Counted from the first letter of the stretch, positions 7,081 to 18,582 are shown. The stretch is DNA of 64,000 nt from a virus (IMGVR_UViG_3300016744_000005:1-64000); one strand, 5' to 3'. Numbers and translations: made by a program. The notes: generated by a model from the letters alone, not told the origin.

Positions 7081-9191
7081 TAAGAGTACCTCGATTTTAG
7101 TTTTTCGTTACGGATCAAGTCTTGGAGTTCCCCTAATGTAGAGGCTTGACTGGTATCCAGTTTCAACCCCGCTAGCTTCACTCGCAATTGTCGTTCCAGG
7201 TTCGTTTTAATGAAAGGATTACGATTCTGCGTAATCTTCGAACATAGTTCGTCTATTTCATCGCTCAATGCACGTTGTTCTTCATCCTCCATCATGATGT
7301 CTTCGAGTTCTTCTTCAGTACCGGCTGCCCCTAGGGCCTGTCGACGCATCAGCACGCGGTTATTCACCCCGTAGAAATCAAGACGCTTTCCATAGAACAT
7401 AAACCAACACGCTAATAACCAGGCAATAACGCAGTCATCGTGTCCAGAGGCTTTGTGGTCAATACGTCCGTCTTTTACGACCAGTGCTAATAACTCAGAC
7501 GCCAGTCCTTTATCACGGATTAATCCTCCACCGATTTTCACACCGTTCTTCAGTGTATCGCTATATAAGCGATCACGTAATGGACCAGTGGTTACAAACC
7601 CGAAGTACTTCCGGTAAGTATCATAGAAGCGATCATCCCGCGCCCCTCTTAACCGTTTAAATGCTATCAGGTCTTCGTCATCATTCTCTCTGGTTTGTAC
7701 GATCGCATTGAACATGCGTTGTGCTGGTTCTATACCGTTGGCCGGGAGTTTTAATAACAGAGCATCAATCATCGTTGGTGCTGAGGATTTACGCTCAATC
7801 ACTAAAATAGTACTAGGGTATTTGATCAAAAGATCAGCTAACCAGTTAGCGTATGTAACTAAGTTACTTTCATTGACGATAGATACGGCTGCTGTTTCTA
7901 ATGTCTCTGAATTAAGAATAACCAATGAGATATTATCACGACCTACCGCATCTGAGGTATCTAACCCGATGATATGTTTAACTTGCATCTTATTAGCAAT
8001 ATCGACTTCATTACGATAGTACCAATTCAATACATAGTTATTAGGGAATATCTCGATGTAGGCAGGATCAGTTTTACTATCACTGATGACTTTCGCTTCA
8101 TCTACCGTCAAAGGAGACATCAAACTACCCGCAGTCCATTGTAGACCGAAGTCACGTAACTGCTCTTCTTTGGTACCGCCGGCATTCGCCATCGCCTTAT
8201 ACAGGTCTAAATCAGTTAGTCCTAATTGACGATGGGTAAATGGTGCATGAATCAGAGTACGGTCACCTTTGGAATTGGTGTTGATTAACTGGATCAGCTC
8301 CTCACGAGTAGGCACATCCAACAACGCTTCTTTCCAATAGAAACCATTATGAAACATTGTGTACACAAAATTACCATCAGGTTCATCACGCTTACCTGGG
8401 GTGGTGGTAAACAAGTTACCGTAGGGTATCCCATGTTCTTCTGCAATCCGTCGAGCAGTAGTCCCGGCCGCTAGGGCTGCGGGTAACATAATACGAGCGA
8501 ATTTAGTAAAGGCAGTTTCGTCTGAGAACAACCGTGCTGTAGTAATACCACGACCTGCATTCAGCGCGGACTCTTTTGAGTTCTGGGCAATACAGGTCAG
8601 TAGTTTATTGCTACGTGCGTTATAAGTGAAGATCTCAGTATTGTCTGCATCAAATCGATCATGTTTCCACAAATACTTAGGATAACTATCCCGTACTTGT
8701 TTCATCTTCGAGATGGTTTCTGTACGTAGATCACTCCCGCGAGTTAACAGGATCGATCGTGAGTCCTTTAAAATACGCTTTAGATGTACTAGCAAACACA
8801 CTACTGCTACGGTTTTACCCTGTTGTCGAATCATTAACAACGCTAAGTCGATATTGTTAAAGAAGGTCCAGAATAACGCAAAGCTGCCCCGATTGATTCT
8901 AAAGGGGACTGGGTCAGTACCATCTTGCGGTACTTTACAGATCTCTCTAAAGTGAAACCACGGGTTATCCATCATCTCCACCGCGATCCCGGCTTTCTGT
9001 TCGATGGTTAAACCGGTCCCATGGGGATTAACTCCAGCTAAGGTAGGGTTATGTAATGCCAGTGAGATAAACCAATGTTTAACACCCAACTCTTTGTGGA
9101 TAAAAGCTAATTTTAAAAAACTCTTATTAGGTGTATTATAGTCAATCACGGCGTTGTCATAGTAACCCCAATCGTCTTCTCGTAAAATCAT
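7080..9191 (-). CDS. terL: terminase large subunit (phiKZ gp25-like); start revised to MILREDDW
   Basis: Walker A IRQQGKT, Walker B LFSDE, RNase H-fold IGLDTS and HDDCVIAW. The longer ORF start overlaps the upstream gene and a hairpin. Confidence 0.92.
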   Translation of the reverse strand: MILREDDWGYYDNAVIDYNTPNKSFLKLAFIHKELGVKHWFISLALHNPTLAGVNPHGTGLTIEQKAGIAVEMMDNPWFHFREICKVPQDGTDPVPFRINRGSFALFWTFFNNIDLALLMIRQQGKTVAVVCLLVHLKRILKDSRSILLTRGSDLRTETISKMKQVRDSYPKYLWKHDRFDADNTEIFTYNARSNKLLTCIAQNSKESALNAGRGITTARLFSDETAFTKFARIMLPAALAAGTTARRIAEEHGIPYGNLFTTTPGKRDEPDGNFVYTMFHNGFYWKEALLDVPTREELIQLINTNSKGDRTLIHAPFTHRQLGLTDLDLYKAMANAGGTKEEQLRDFGLQWTAGSLMSPLTVDEAKVISDSKTDPAYIEIFPNNYVLNWYYRNEVDIANKMQVKHIIGLDTSDAVGRDNISLVILNSETLETAAVSIVNESNLVTYANWLADLLIKYPSTILVIERKSSAPTMIDALLLKLPANGIEPAQRMFNAIVQTRENDDEDLIAFKRLRGARDDRFYDTYRKYFGFVTTGPLRDRLYSDTLKNGVKIGGGLIRDKGLASELLALVVKDGRIDHKASGHDDCVIAWLLACWFMFYGKRLDFYGVNNRVLMRRQALGAAGTEEELEDIMMEDEEQRALSDEIDELCSKITQNRNPFIKTNLERQLRVKLAGLKLDTSQASTLGELQDLIRNEKLKSRYS

Positions 9192-9241
9192 AATTATAGT
9201 CCATGGACATAAGGTTAGGGGAGGACGAACCTCCCCTAGTG

Positions 9242-10915
9242 TTAAGTTTTCTGATGTGCAATCATTGAAGACATGCCTAAACACAGATCATCTGCAGGTG
9301 TACGTGCAATCCATTTAATCAAGACTTCTTCTGTGTCATTTACTTGGAAGTCAATATGGAATGGCGATAACCATTGATCAATCGTGCGTAGATAACTCTT
9401 CGTCTTGGTAACTACTTCGAAATGAGTAGGGGTAGGTGCACTAGATTCTGTCCGACGATCGTATAGCGGATAGATCTTCCAATACAATAAATCCAACCAC
9501 TCTTGTTTCGTTTTAGCACCACAGGCAATATCCAACATCCAGAAAGTGATGTTGTTGTAGTAGAACTTAGCCCAGACACCATCACCATACTCAGGTTGGT
9601 TCTGAGTATATTCCAGTTTGAAGTTAGCAGTAGCTACTGTAGCAGCACTCATTAGAGACACTGCAAACGATTGTACGTGAATGTGAGGCGTATAGATAGA
9701 GGATACTTTAGACATATCTACAGTCACCGCTAAACGCTGTTTAACGCCGTATAACAGTGGGTCAAATACCGCAGAGTTCACAGCTGGATTTACCCATGGT
9801 GTTGCGTAGAAAACATTACCTCGATCTAAATCATACAGATAATATTCTAAACGATATCCACGGTAAGCATCTAACCATTTTGGAACTACGTACAGTTTAA
9901 CACTATAAGCACCATCGACATCTAACGTAGTCGCTTGATAATCTTTAAAGATTACCCCAGACTGCATATCCGCACCATAATACGTTTCATCAGAAGCTAA
10001 ACGATATGATAGTAACAAGTCTAAAGTCTGCCCAGCGATAGTACTGATGTAATAGGTGTCATGTGCACCAGAGTTACGTAAACCATCTAATCGCAGTCGG
10101 GTACCGTCCAGTGGCACTGATCGAGTACCATCGTTATACACGATTTGACCAGACATCGGAATATCGTCCAATGGGATATTCACTGGTAACTGTAATAGAT
10201 GATCATCACCTGGCGCTAAGAATGGTGAAACCAGTCGAATATCCAAGATCTGACGAGACGGTGAGTCAGCAGCTAATACCATGTTCGTTAATACGACATA
10301 AGCAATTGCCACACACGCTACTTCATCAGTATCAGAATAAACCACGATCGTCACCATCTCACCATCGGCAGGTAATTCACGACACGCACCAGGTACTGGG
10401 TATTTAACCGTTTTATTGGTAACACCATCGATAGTAGCTAACTCTAGAGGGATACTAGTACTAACCAATTTACCATCTATAAAGTAAGCAGATAATACCA
10501 CACCATTAGTAGTGATGTCACGGCCTTTAAAGACTTTGATATGATCTAAATCCATCCCACTGAATTTCAACCGTGGATCTACCCGCAGGGTATATGGATG
10601 TTTAGATGGATCCACATACACCCGGAAAGTATCGGATGACGACGGAGCACATCCACCGATCTCTGCAGTATCGTTATAAATAGTCACAGGTTTATACAGT
10701 GATTTAGTAAACGTCAATGCAGAGTAATCAACTTCAGTAATACGCCACATGCAGTTTAACGGATAATCAATAACCAAGTCATTGACATTAGGTACATATT
10801 GCCCAGTACCAGTGGGCCCAGTATACAATTCATCAATATACCAGACGGTAAACCGTCTGGCGATATCAACTAATGGTACACCAATGCCGGTTGTATTCGA
10901 GCTATCGGTTGCCAT
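9242..10915 (-). CDS. virion structural protein (phiKZ gp26-like)
   Basis: 557 aa, beta-rich; synteny between terminase and sheath. Confidence 0.7.
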   Translation of the reverse strand: MATDSSNTTGIGVPLVDIARRFTVWYIDELYTGPTGTGQYVPNVNDLVIDYPLNCMWRITEVDYSALTFTKSLYKPVTIYNDTAEIGGCAPSSSDTFRVYVDPSKHPYTLRVDPRLKFSGMDLDHIKVFKGRDITTNGVVLSAYFIDGKLVSTSIPLELATIDGVTNKTVKYPVPGACRELPADGEMVTIVVYSDTDEVACVAIAYVVLTNMVLAADSPSRQILDIRLVSPFLAPGDDHLLQLPVNIPLDDIPMSGQIVYNDGTRSVPLDGTRLRLDGLRNSGAHDTYYISTIAGQTLDLLLSYRLASDETYYGADMQSGVIFKDYQATTLDVDGAYSVKLYVVPKWLDAYRGYRLEYYLYDLDRGNVFYATPWVNPAVNSAVFDPLLYGVKQRLAVTVDMSKVSSIYTPHIHVQSFAVSLMSAATVATANFKLEYTQNQPEYGDGVWAKFYYNNITFWMLDIACGAKTKQEWLDLLYWKIYPLYDRRTESSAPTPTHFEVVTKTKSYLRTIDQWLSPFHIDFQVNDTEEVLIKWIARTPADDLCLGMSSMIAHQKT

Positions 10916-10918
10916 GGA

Positions 10919-13459
10919 TTACACCTTCACACGTAAGAGTTTGTTTAATACTACCTGGTTTTTCAGATAGCGGAAATTAGCCCGCTCGACCATAGCGTAT
11001 TGAATCGGAGTTAATTCGAGTACCTCATAGGTATTGTGAGGATGTATCTCGACGTATTTAGTATCTACCCCTTGGGTAACTGGATCGAAGTCCACCAGAT
11101 ATTCGTAATTCGCCATCAATACATCAAACTGCTGTGTACTGATATAGTTACGTTCATCATCTTCCACTGGCAGTAATAAACCTTTTAACAGATCGTTAAT
11201 AAGTTTCTGTAATAGAGGACTGTATAACTGATGTTTATCCGTAATGACGTTTTCGGTAGCGACTAGCGGTGTAGGATATCGTACAGACATATACGACTCT
11301 ACTCGAGCATCGATATCGCGCGCTTTATCACGCAGGGTATAGGTACTGCCAGTGATTATCTGACGCAGTGGGATTGTCGCATCATCAATTAGATACGGTT
11401 TACCATTCAACCCATTATCCACAGCAATAGATAAATCTTCACGGAAGCTTAAATCGTCACGGGTCTGTAACTTACCATCTACAACAATACGCACGACTTT
11501 ATCATCACGCACATCGAATAATCGATTGTTACTCAGTAACCCATTTACCACAAAACCATATTTAGGTACTATGAGTTGATCTGAGACGTTACGTGCACGC
11601 ACAGTAATAGCTGGGTTAACTACCTGCTGATCATTAATAGTCAGGTAAGATTTACAGCATATTACTACCTGTGGCCATTGTACGAAGTAATCTAAGTCTT
11701 GAATCAATGGTCTACCGTTTAACCACAGCTCCAGTTTCTCAGGTTGGAACTCTAGCGGTAGATCAGCATTCAAATCTGCCCGATGATGTGTGATACTGAA
11801 TTTCAATATCCCGTCTGTGACTGCTTCAGTAAAGCTATACGCTAAGAACCGTTTATCTGACCACACTACCGGACGACGTCTGGTTTGATCCAGGTCCCAA
11901 GTAACTACCCCATTATCATCGATGGCATACGCATCGGTACCTGTGATATCCGTATAGTTGTGAGTTTCTACCCCACTCAATAAAGTATCATGATAGAAGC
12001 GATAATTTAATCCATCTTCCACCTGGTACAGTGCAGCATTCCAATTGATATCTAAAGTACGTGTACCTATACCTTCAATAGCTTCGATAGTAACACAGTT
12101 AGCATTCTTACAATAGTAAGTATCGGTAGGGTCACCAGTAGTACTGTAATAGCCTAACAACCACCCAGCAGCATCATACTCGTATACCGTGCAGTTTTGC
12201 GCTAACAGTGGAGGTAACTTAACCAGTGTTTGACCATTGTCGATCACAGTCCGCTGTGGCGTACTAGCAACCAAGGTAGAGATCGAATTATACCCATATC
12301 CAGAGGTGCACAATGCATTGGTGATATTAGGGTATTTAGCCGCCATGATTTTCAGATAATCTGACCGTTCTAAATTAGCAGCTTGCCATTCTGCCAATAA
12401 TGAATCCATACCAGTCATTGCTGCCAGTATCTGACTATCGCTTAGTTTATACAACTCATGTATACGATGCTCTTCAAAGATCAGTGGACGATCTAAACCA
12501 CTACGACGTATAGTCAGTTGTAGTTTTAAGTTATCTACACCAACCCAATCTGGTTCATACGCAGTATATCGCTGTACATCAGCAGTAGGAATCACGAAGT
12601 CACGATGGGTTAACTGACGTAATGATTCACTACGATGCGTGGTGAAATACCGACCATCAGTTCCATCGAATAAATAGATCTCTACATCGTTATTGAAATC
12701 GATGGTATCTGTTTTCTTCGGTGGATGTAAGATGTATTTGCGCTTTTGATCTAATGTACTGGTAAACGTAGGTAATGTCTTAACGTTAAAAGTTACGACC
12801 TCTTTCACTAATCCATCGTGGAAGAACTCCACGTAATCCCAGATTTTGATATTATCTAGCGTGAGATTAGTTACTGCGTGTCCATTAATCCATGCGTAGG
12901 TATAACCAGCCATGGCTTTGGCTTTCTGATATTCAACAATGAAATTAAAGATCTGCTCGCCATTACGCATTATCGCACTTTGAGTAAAGCTTTTATAAGC
13001 ATCGAGATAGTCGGCACTATATTTGAATTTACCATCGTAAAAGCGAACATAGAGATCCTCTTTAGAAAAATCTGCCTGCAGGTCATATCTCTCTAACGCG
13101 ATGATTACATTGTTGTTTTCTAATACCCGCATGTACGCCAAGCTCAGTGGCAGCGTCCTGCCATGGATGTTGTATAACATGATGTGGGTATTGTAAGTAT
13201 TGCATAGTACATCGAGTTTAGCCCAACCACGCCAAGGCTGTGTAACTCCAATGCGACTTAAATCAAAATTACCTATCTGGAAGACATGATACCAGGTCTC
13301 CTCTTTCGGCAACCGAATACTGTGTTCAGAGACAACCATACCGTACACCTCTCCCTCTGGTGGGGAGAGGCGGGCAGGTCGGACTAAATAACGAGCATCG
13401 ATTGACGGCTGACACCATACGTTATTAATCGCATGATCAACTAACCAGCCATTCGTCAT
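10919..13459 (-). CDS. virion structural protein (phiKZ gp27-like)
   Basis: 846 aa; N-terminus LVDHAINNVWCQP; synteny. Confidence 0.7.
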   Translation of the reverse strand: MTNGWLVDHAINNVWCQPSIDARYLVRPARLSPPEGEVYGMVVSEHSIRLPKEETWYHVFQIGNFDLSRIGVTQPWRGWAKLDVLCNTYNTHIMLYNIHGRTLPLSLAYMRVLENNNVIIALERYDLQADFSKEDLYVRFYDGKFKYSADYLDAYKSFTQSAIMRNGEQIFNFIVEYQKAKAMAGYTYAWINGHAVTNLTLDNIKIWDYVEFFHDGLVKEVVTFNVKTLPTFTSTLDQKRKYILHPPKKTDTIDFNNDVEIYLFDGTDGRYFTTHRSESLRQLTHRDFVIPTADVQRYTAYEPDWVGVDNLKLQLTIRRSGLDRPLIFEEHRIHELYKLSDSQILAAMTGMDSLLAEWQAANLERSDYLKIMAAKYPNITNALCTSGYGYNSISTLVASTPQRTVIDNGQTLVKLPPLLAQNCTVYEYDAAGWLLGYYSTTGDPTDTYYCKNANCVTIEAIEGIGTRTLDINWNAALYQVEDGLNYRFYHDTLLSGVETHNYTDITGTDAYAIDDNGVVTWDLDQTRRRPVVWSDKRFLAYSFTEAVTDGILKFSITHHRADLNADLPLEFQPEKLELWLNGRPLIQDLDYFVQWPQVVICCKSYLTINDQQVVNPAITVRARNVSDQLIVPKYGFVVNGLLSNNRLFDVRDDKVVRIVVDGKLQTRDDLSFREDLSIAVDNGLNGKPYLIDDATIPLRQIITGSTYTLRDKARDIDARVESYMSVRYPTPLVATENVITDKHQLYSPLLQKLINDLLKGLLLPVEDDERNYISTQQFDVLMANYEYLVDFDPVTQGVDTKYVEIHPHNTYEVLELTPIQYAMVERANFRYLKNQVVLNKLLRVKV

Positions 13460-13464
13460 ATCTA

Positions 13465-14361
13465 TTACTCCTTGTCGTAATTAGCCGTGATATGTGCCAA
13501 CTGTCGAATAAATGTAGCATGGGCATTCTGGCGATTCGCTTTGTCTACTCGCTGACCAATACCTGAGCGTTTATAGACAGTGAACTGTGTAGCCATATAT
13601 ACCAGCGATGCAAATGCAGGTGGATACTCTACTGCCAAACTCACGATCTGCAGATGATTTGCATTCATGAACCAGCTACCAGATAACATGTTAAAGAACA
13701 CCAATCGATTGAACTCTTTCAAACGTGGGGAGATCTCTAACCGTTGTAATGCTTCAATGAATTCACTGATATCACGCGGGAAATTATTTTCCAGTGTCTC
13801 AGCTACTTGTACTACTGTAGTAGCATCGAGTAGATACTGACGTGAGATCATCTGCAGATAACGATTGATCGATAGTTCATCTTCGATCGAGTTGAAATAC
13901 TGACCAATAATAAACATCGCAGTTACTGTAATAACTTTCACTTGCTGTACTGGCGTTAAACCATAACGATGTGAGATCGTTTCACTGATCCATCGGGTAG
14001 CGATTTGATTAGGTAATTCTAAGGCTGAGTAAATATCAGTGCGGTCTTCTAACTGCCAGGCTAGTTCTAACTTCGCCCGCATAATCGATAACTGATAATC
14101 ATACTCACTACGAATCTTTAATTCACCACCACGATCAACTGAAGTAAAACCACGTGCGTCTACATAGACGATCTGTTTTTCACGATCGTAAATAGGGTGA
14201 ATAAATAACGGTACTTCCGTTTGTTCTTCGGTAACGAATTTGATATGATCATTAAACTGTTTCAACGGAGACAGTAATGCACTTTTCTTAATATCCAAAA
14301 CGATCGCCGAAGTTTTAACTCCAGTGGTAATTATGGAATCGTAGGAATCCTGTAACGCCAT
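13465..14361 (-). CDS. virion protein (phiKZ gp28-like)
   Basis: 298 aa; divergent from the sheath gene. Confidence 0.6.
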   Translation of the reverse strand: MALQDSYDSIITTGVKTSAIVLDIKKSALLSPLKQFNDHIKFVTEEQTEVPLFIHPIYDREKQIVYVDARGFTSVDRGGELKIRSEYDYQLSIMRAKLELAWQLEDRTDIYSALELPNQIATRWISETISHRYGLTPVQQVKVITVTAMFIIGQYFNSIEDELSINRYLQMISRQYLLDATTVVQVAETLENNFPRDISEFIEALQRLEISPRLKEFNRLVFFNMLSGSWFMNANHLQIVSLAVEYPPAFASLVYMATQFTVYKRSGIGQRVDKANRQNAHATFIRQLAHITANYDKE

Positions 14362-14445
14362 TTTTGAATCTCCGTTAAAAATTAAATTAGTCCTTATTAT
14401 GACAACTATGTCAGATAAGTCGACTTATTGATAGGGGTTACACAT

Positions 14446-16500
14446 ATGGCCACCGCTATATTGCGCAACGGTGCCCCACAACCGGTTTTCTACGGTACAG
14501 ATGATCAATCGATCCCTGCTCTCGTACCAGAACCAGTGGTATCACCGATCCACCTGCCGCTGATCTTTACTTTTGCGGAGCGTGGAGATCATAAAAACGC
14601 CTACGTAGTGTCAGGCGATAGCTTATTCAGTATGTACGGTACAAACGTAGCGGACCTGGATAGCGAGTACACTACATTTAACACACCGTTCTTGGAGTTG
14701 TTCAATAGCCAAGCTAACGCGGTGATGGTTCAACGCGTATTACCTGTAGATGCTAAACAAGCAACCCTGCGTGTTTATGCTGAAACCTACGTTGCTAAAG
14801 TTCCAGTATATCAACGTGCTGCTGATAACTCAGTAGTATACGATCCTGCCACTGGTAAACCAGTACAAACTGGTACTACTACTGGTAAAGCGATTATTTG
14901 GCGTGTGGGTGAAATTCAATCCGCTAACCCAATTCGTCAAGGTGTGATTTACAACGGTTCGATTACAGGCTCTGATGGTGTAACTTCACAGATTTATCCA
15001 ATCATGGATCTACCTGCTAGTTTCTTCGGCAAGAAAGGTTCTGATATCGGATTCCGTTTGAGCTGTCCAAATGCGAAGTCTTCGACTCCACTGGATACTT
15101 CAATCAGCACTGCGATTGGTGCACGTATTCTGACCATGCAGTTCGTAGAACGTGATGAAGATACATCTTCACCTACTATTACACGTACTCTGGATGGCGC
15201 TGCGTCTGTGAGCTTCTCTATGAAGCCAGGTGCATATTACCGTGATATGCGTATGAACTTGGATGTGAATAAAGTCCTGGTTTCTGCTTTCCGTAATATG
15301 AATCCTGATTCAGGTTTACCACCTGATCTAGGCCCAGTATCTGAATTGTACATCTACCAGCAGAATCTAAGTCAAATCCTGACCGACGCACACGTAGCGA
15401 TCGGCGAGACCTTCGGTACAGACATCCACATGGTGGACATCTATACTGGTCTGGATACCGACGGTAATCCATATAATGGTCTCATGGTAGATGACGGTTT
15501 ACTGGGTGGTGAGATCTTCACAGAAGCGCATACACACTACCTGGAAGGTGGTTCTAATGGTACTATGTCCAATGCTATTTTCGATGAGTTAGTTCTCACT
15601 GAAATGCAAGCATTCGGTACTGGCACTGTAAACTATCTGGATATTGCGAAATATCCATGCTCGTATTTGTGGGATTCTGGTTTCTCTACCAATACCAAAA
15701 AAGCACTGTGCCGTTTCATCGGCGAGCGTCCAGACACTAATGTCGTGCTGTCTACCCACGTCTACGATAAAGGTCAGAACGATGCTCAAGCTGAAAACTC
15801 CATGAAAGTGGCGTTAGTAAGTTATGCTCGTGCTTACCCAGAGTCACAGCGTTACGGTACAGCTACGTGTCGTGCTTCGGTAGTCGGCCACAGTTTCCTG
15901 TTGAATAACTCACAGTACACTGAATATGTACCTGCGTCTTACTCACTGGCGAAGATGACTGCACGTTATGCTGGTGCTGGTATTGCGAAATTCAACTCAG
16001 CGTATCGTTTCGATCGCGGTGAACTCGCAGTAATCGAAGAAGGTTATGATATCAACCTGACTTACAAAACCCCAGATGGTTATTCGTCTGATTGGGAAGC
16101 CGGTTTGATCAATATCCGTTCATTCGACCAGTATCGTTATTTCTTCCCAGCACTGCAGACCGTGTACAACAATGACCGTTCAGTACTGAAAGGTTATTTG
16201 GCTGCCATGATCATCGGTGACCTAGAACGTATCGCACATACTGTATGGCGTGAAATGTCTGGTGCCTCATCTCTGACTAATGCAGAGATGATCAAGATGG
16301 TTAATGAGAAGATCGTCGAGAAAACCGAAGGTCGTTATGATGGCGTAGTGGATATCGTTCCTAACGCATATTTCACCGCACAGGATCTCTCTAATGGTTA
16401 CTCCATTACTGTAGATATTAACCTGTATGGTCAAGTCATCAAAACCGTTCACAAATACACTATCGTCGCACAACGTCGTGCTGATAGTGCAGCGGCATAG
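14446..16500 (+). CDS. tail sheath protein (phiKZ gp29-like)
   Basis: ~684 aa; PIHLPLIFTFAERG, LEGGSNGT, WDSGFS; directly upstream of the tube gene. Confidence 0.88.
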   Translation: MATAILRNGAPQPVFYGTDDQSIPALVPEPVVSPIHLPLIFTFAERGDHKNAYVVSGDSLFSMYGTNVADLDSEYTTFNTPFLELFNSQANAVMVQRVLPVDAKQATLRVYAETYVAKVPVYQRAADNSVVYDPATGKPVQTGTTTGKAIIWRVGEIQSANPIRQGVIYNGSITGSDGVTSQIYPIMDLPASFFGKKGSDIGFRLSCPNAKSSTPLDTSISTAIGARILTMQFVERDEDTSSPTITRTLDGAASVSFSMKPGAYYRDMRMNLDVNKVLVSAFRNMNPDSGLPPDLGPVSELYIYQQNLSQILTDAHVAIGETFGTDIHMVDIYTGLDTDGNPYNGLMVDDGLLGGEIFTEAHTHYLEGGSNGTMSNAIFDELVLTEMQAFGTGTVNYLDIAKYPCSYLWDSGFSTNTKKALCRFIGERPDTNVVLSTHVYDKGQNDAQAENSMKVALVSYARAYPESQRYGTATCRASVVGHSFLLNNSQYTEYVPASYSLAKMTARYAGAGIAKFNSAYRFDRGELAVIEEGYDINLTYKTPDGYSSDWEAGLINIRSFDQYRYFFPALQTVYNNDRSVLKGYLAAMIIGDLERIAHTVWREMSGASSLTNAEMIKMVNEKIVEKTEGRYDGVVDIVPNAYFTAQDLSNGYSITVDINLYGQVIKTVHKYTIVAQRRADSAAA

Positions 16501-16517
16501 GCCAGGAGTAGATAACT

Positions 16518-17375
16518 ATGGCTCTCTTAAAAGACCGCTTGCTTGACTCGTCCAATGCATTCGTGAACAACACTGCTCGTACACCAGTCGTGAATCCATT
16601 CGTCGGGGCCCAGAACGGCCCCGTATTGAATCTGGGTCGTTATACCAATAACGCTGCCTATATTTCACGTCCTGTTATCTGCCGTGTAGTTGAATTCCCA
16701 CGTTGGATCAACTACATGTCTGATCCAGCGGTGTTCCGTAAAGCCATCAAAACGTTCTTCGAAGTTCAAACGAAGATCGATGGTTTACAGAAAGGGCTGA
16801 ATGCTGAGTTCAACGAGCAGGAGATTGGTCCAGCAGGTCATCGTCAATTTGACCTGACTAAGACTACGATCACCCAGTCTGACCTGACGCACACTATGAC
16901 CGATAAATACGGGTTGCCTTATCAGAACCTGTTTACGATCTGGATGCGTTACGGTATGATGGATCCGGAATCAATGATCCCATTGATTACGACGCTGTCT
17001 ACCTCAGTCACTGATATGTTGCCTGACATGTACTCAGTTACTTGTCTGTACTTCGAGCCAGATCCACGTGGTTTGACTGTACAGAAAGCGTGGCTGATTA
17101 CTAACATGGCACCACGTAACAACGGACAGGATGAAGGTCGTCGTGACCTGACTGCCCCTGGCCAACCATTGGAACTGGCGATCCCGTTCACTGGCTTACA
17201 AGATACTTCTTTGGGAGTTATGGAGTTTGCACAGGCAGAACTGGATAAGATGAACCGTGAAGGTCTGAACCCAATGACGCGTAAAGCATTTGTGTCATCT
17301 ATTGACGCTAATGTCGCTGCGACTGCCGGTGGTTACATGGAACGTGCTGCGGAAGCAGCATCTGAACAGATCTAA
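16518..17375 (+). CDS. tail tube protein (phiKZ gp30-like)
   Basis: 285 aa; YFEPDP..KAWLITNMAPR; follows sheath; AGGAG SD. Confidence 0.82.
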   Translation: MALLKDRLLDSSNAFVNNTARTPVVNPFVGAQNGPVLNLGRYTNNAAYISRPVICRVVEFPRWINYMSDPAVFRKAIKTFFEVQTKIDGLQKGLNAEFNEQEIGPAGHRQFDLTKTTITQSDLTHTMTDKYGLPYQNLFTIWMRYGMMDPESMIPLITTLSTSVTDMLPDMYSVTCLYFEPDPRGLTVQKAWLITNMAPRNNGQDEGRRDLTAPGQPLELAIPFTGLQDTSLGVMEFAQAELDKMNREGLNPMTRKAFVSSIDANVAATAGGYMERAAEAASEQI

Positions 17376-17384
17376 CATAATACA

Positions 17385-17414
17385 CCTAGGTAGAGGCTCA
17401 CGTCTCTACCTAGG
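17385..17414. terminator. hairpin between convergent genes
   Basis: CCTAGGTAGAGGC-TCAC-GTCTCTACCTAGG. Confidence 0.75.
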
Positions 17415-17424
17415 GTTTATGCTG

Positions 17425-17700
17425 TTATGATTTACTGATCTTTTTAATCGCGTCGATACTTTGTTGTATTGCCGCTTCTTTTGCAGTCTCTAACGTTTGT
17501 TTTGCTACACGTTCTGCTGCTTGCTGTACTACATCTTTATTGATCTTTTCTACTGTATTGCTGACTACTGCTTTAGTTTCTTTGATCTCTTTTAGAATCG
17601 CTTTAGATGATTCCATATTGATACCGATTTGCTTAGCTATTTCAGTTTCCTGTTTATCAATACCTAATAGGTTTTTGATACGCTGCCATAAACTTGCCAT
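17425..17700 (-). CDS. hypothetical helical protein
   Basis: 91 aa; amphipathic N-terminus LWQRIKNLLG; AGGAG SD. Confidence 0.7.
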   Translation of the reverse strand: MASLWQRIKNLLGIDKQETEIAKQIGINMESSKAILKEIKETKAVVSNTVEKINKDVVQQAAERVAKQTLETAKEAAIQQSIDAIKKISKS

Positions 17701-17705
17701 TAGAT

Positions 17706-18002
17706 TTACTCCTGTATTGGTGGTGGTAATGGATCTTCGATTGGCACAGTAGTGCTAGTCTCAGCTGGTTTATTATCTGGTATGATAATATCGATTACTT
17801 CTTTTACGATATCAGCAACATCGCCTACCAGTTCTTGCACATCGTCGATAACTTCAGCTAATTTACCAGACAACGACCCTACGTGTCCAGGCATATCGCT
17901 AGCTGCCTTTAAAACAGTCTCTGCAGTCTCTACAGTAGAGTTATGCACTACCTTATTTACTGCACCATCGATAACTTGATCTGTTAATCGCTCAATGGAC
18001 AT
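17706..18002 (-). CDS. hypothetical acidic protein
   Basis: 98 aa; AAGGAG SD. Confidence 0.7.
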   Translation of the reverse strand: MSIERLTDQVIDGAVNKVVHNSTVETAETVLKAASDMPGHVGSLSGKLAEVIDDVQELVGDVADIVKEVIDIIIPDNKPAETSTTVPIEDPLPPPIQE

Positions 18003-18097
18003 ACTGTACTCCTTTAAAAGTTATAGTACATCAAATGAACAAAAAATAAAACCATAGACAGCATAGACTACTAGCTACCCCTAGGGGTAGCTAGCTA

Positions 18098-18403
18098 TTA
18101 TTTACGACGTCGGATATTATTCTGACCAATGAACTTCGCAAAAGGATGACGATATTCAGCACATGCAGTACTCTCACGGATATCTGCCTGTCGTTCAAAG
18201 GTTACTGATAGATTGGTCGCCATCACAGTATTAAAGCCTTTCTGGATCAGTAGTTGAGTTACTACTCGCCAGTCGATGCTACCGCCTACATGATCCACAG
18301 CTAATGTGATATCTTGCTCGTAACGAATACCTTCAATCGTGAACTGCAATAACACACCGCTTGGTACTGATTTGACATTACTGGTAACGTATTCGGTCCG
18401 CAT
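18098..18403 (-). CDS. hypothetical protein
   Basis: 101 aa; AGGAG SD; hairpin downstream (18071-18094). Confidence 0.7.
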   Translation of the reverse strand: MRTEYVTSNVKSVPSGVLLQFTIEGIRYEQDITLAVDHVGGSIDWRVVTQLLIQKGFNTVMATNLSVTFERQADIRESTACAEYRHPFAKFIGQNNIRRRK

Positions 18404-18582
18404 TAATATCTCCTTCTATTACGTGCTTTAAACTTCGAACGTTTAGGACGTTCATGTAATGGTTTATAACCACGATGATCTTTAAAGTCTATGGCCGCTT
18501 GCCAGACATCAGATAATTTAACGGTAGTGATGACTGGTGTACCAAACGTACCCAGAGCTACTACACGTTTGTTAATCGCCAT
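18403..18582 (-). CDS. small basic protein (start revised to MAINKR)
   Basis: AGGT SD; the longer start overlaps the terminator hairpin at 18607-18626. Confidence 0.55.
   Translation of the reverse strand: MAINKRVVALGTFGTPVITTVKLSDVWQAAIDFKDHRGYKPLHERPKRSKFKARNRRRY

Noticed and set aside
9192-9284. N-terminal extension of the terminase ORF
   Set aside because: Overlaps the upstream gene and an intergenic hairpin; MILREDDW is the more plausible start.
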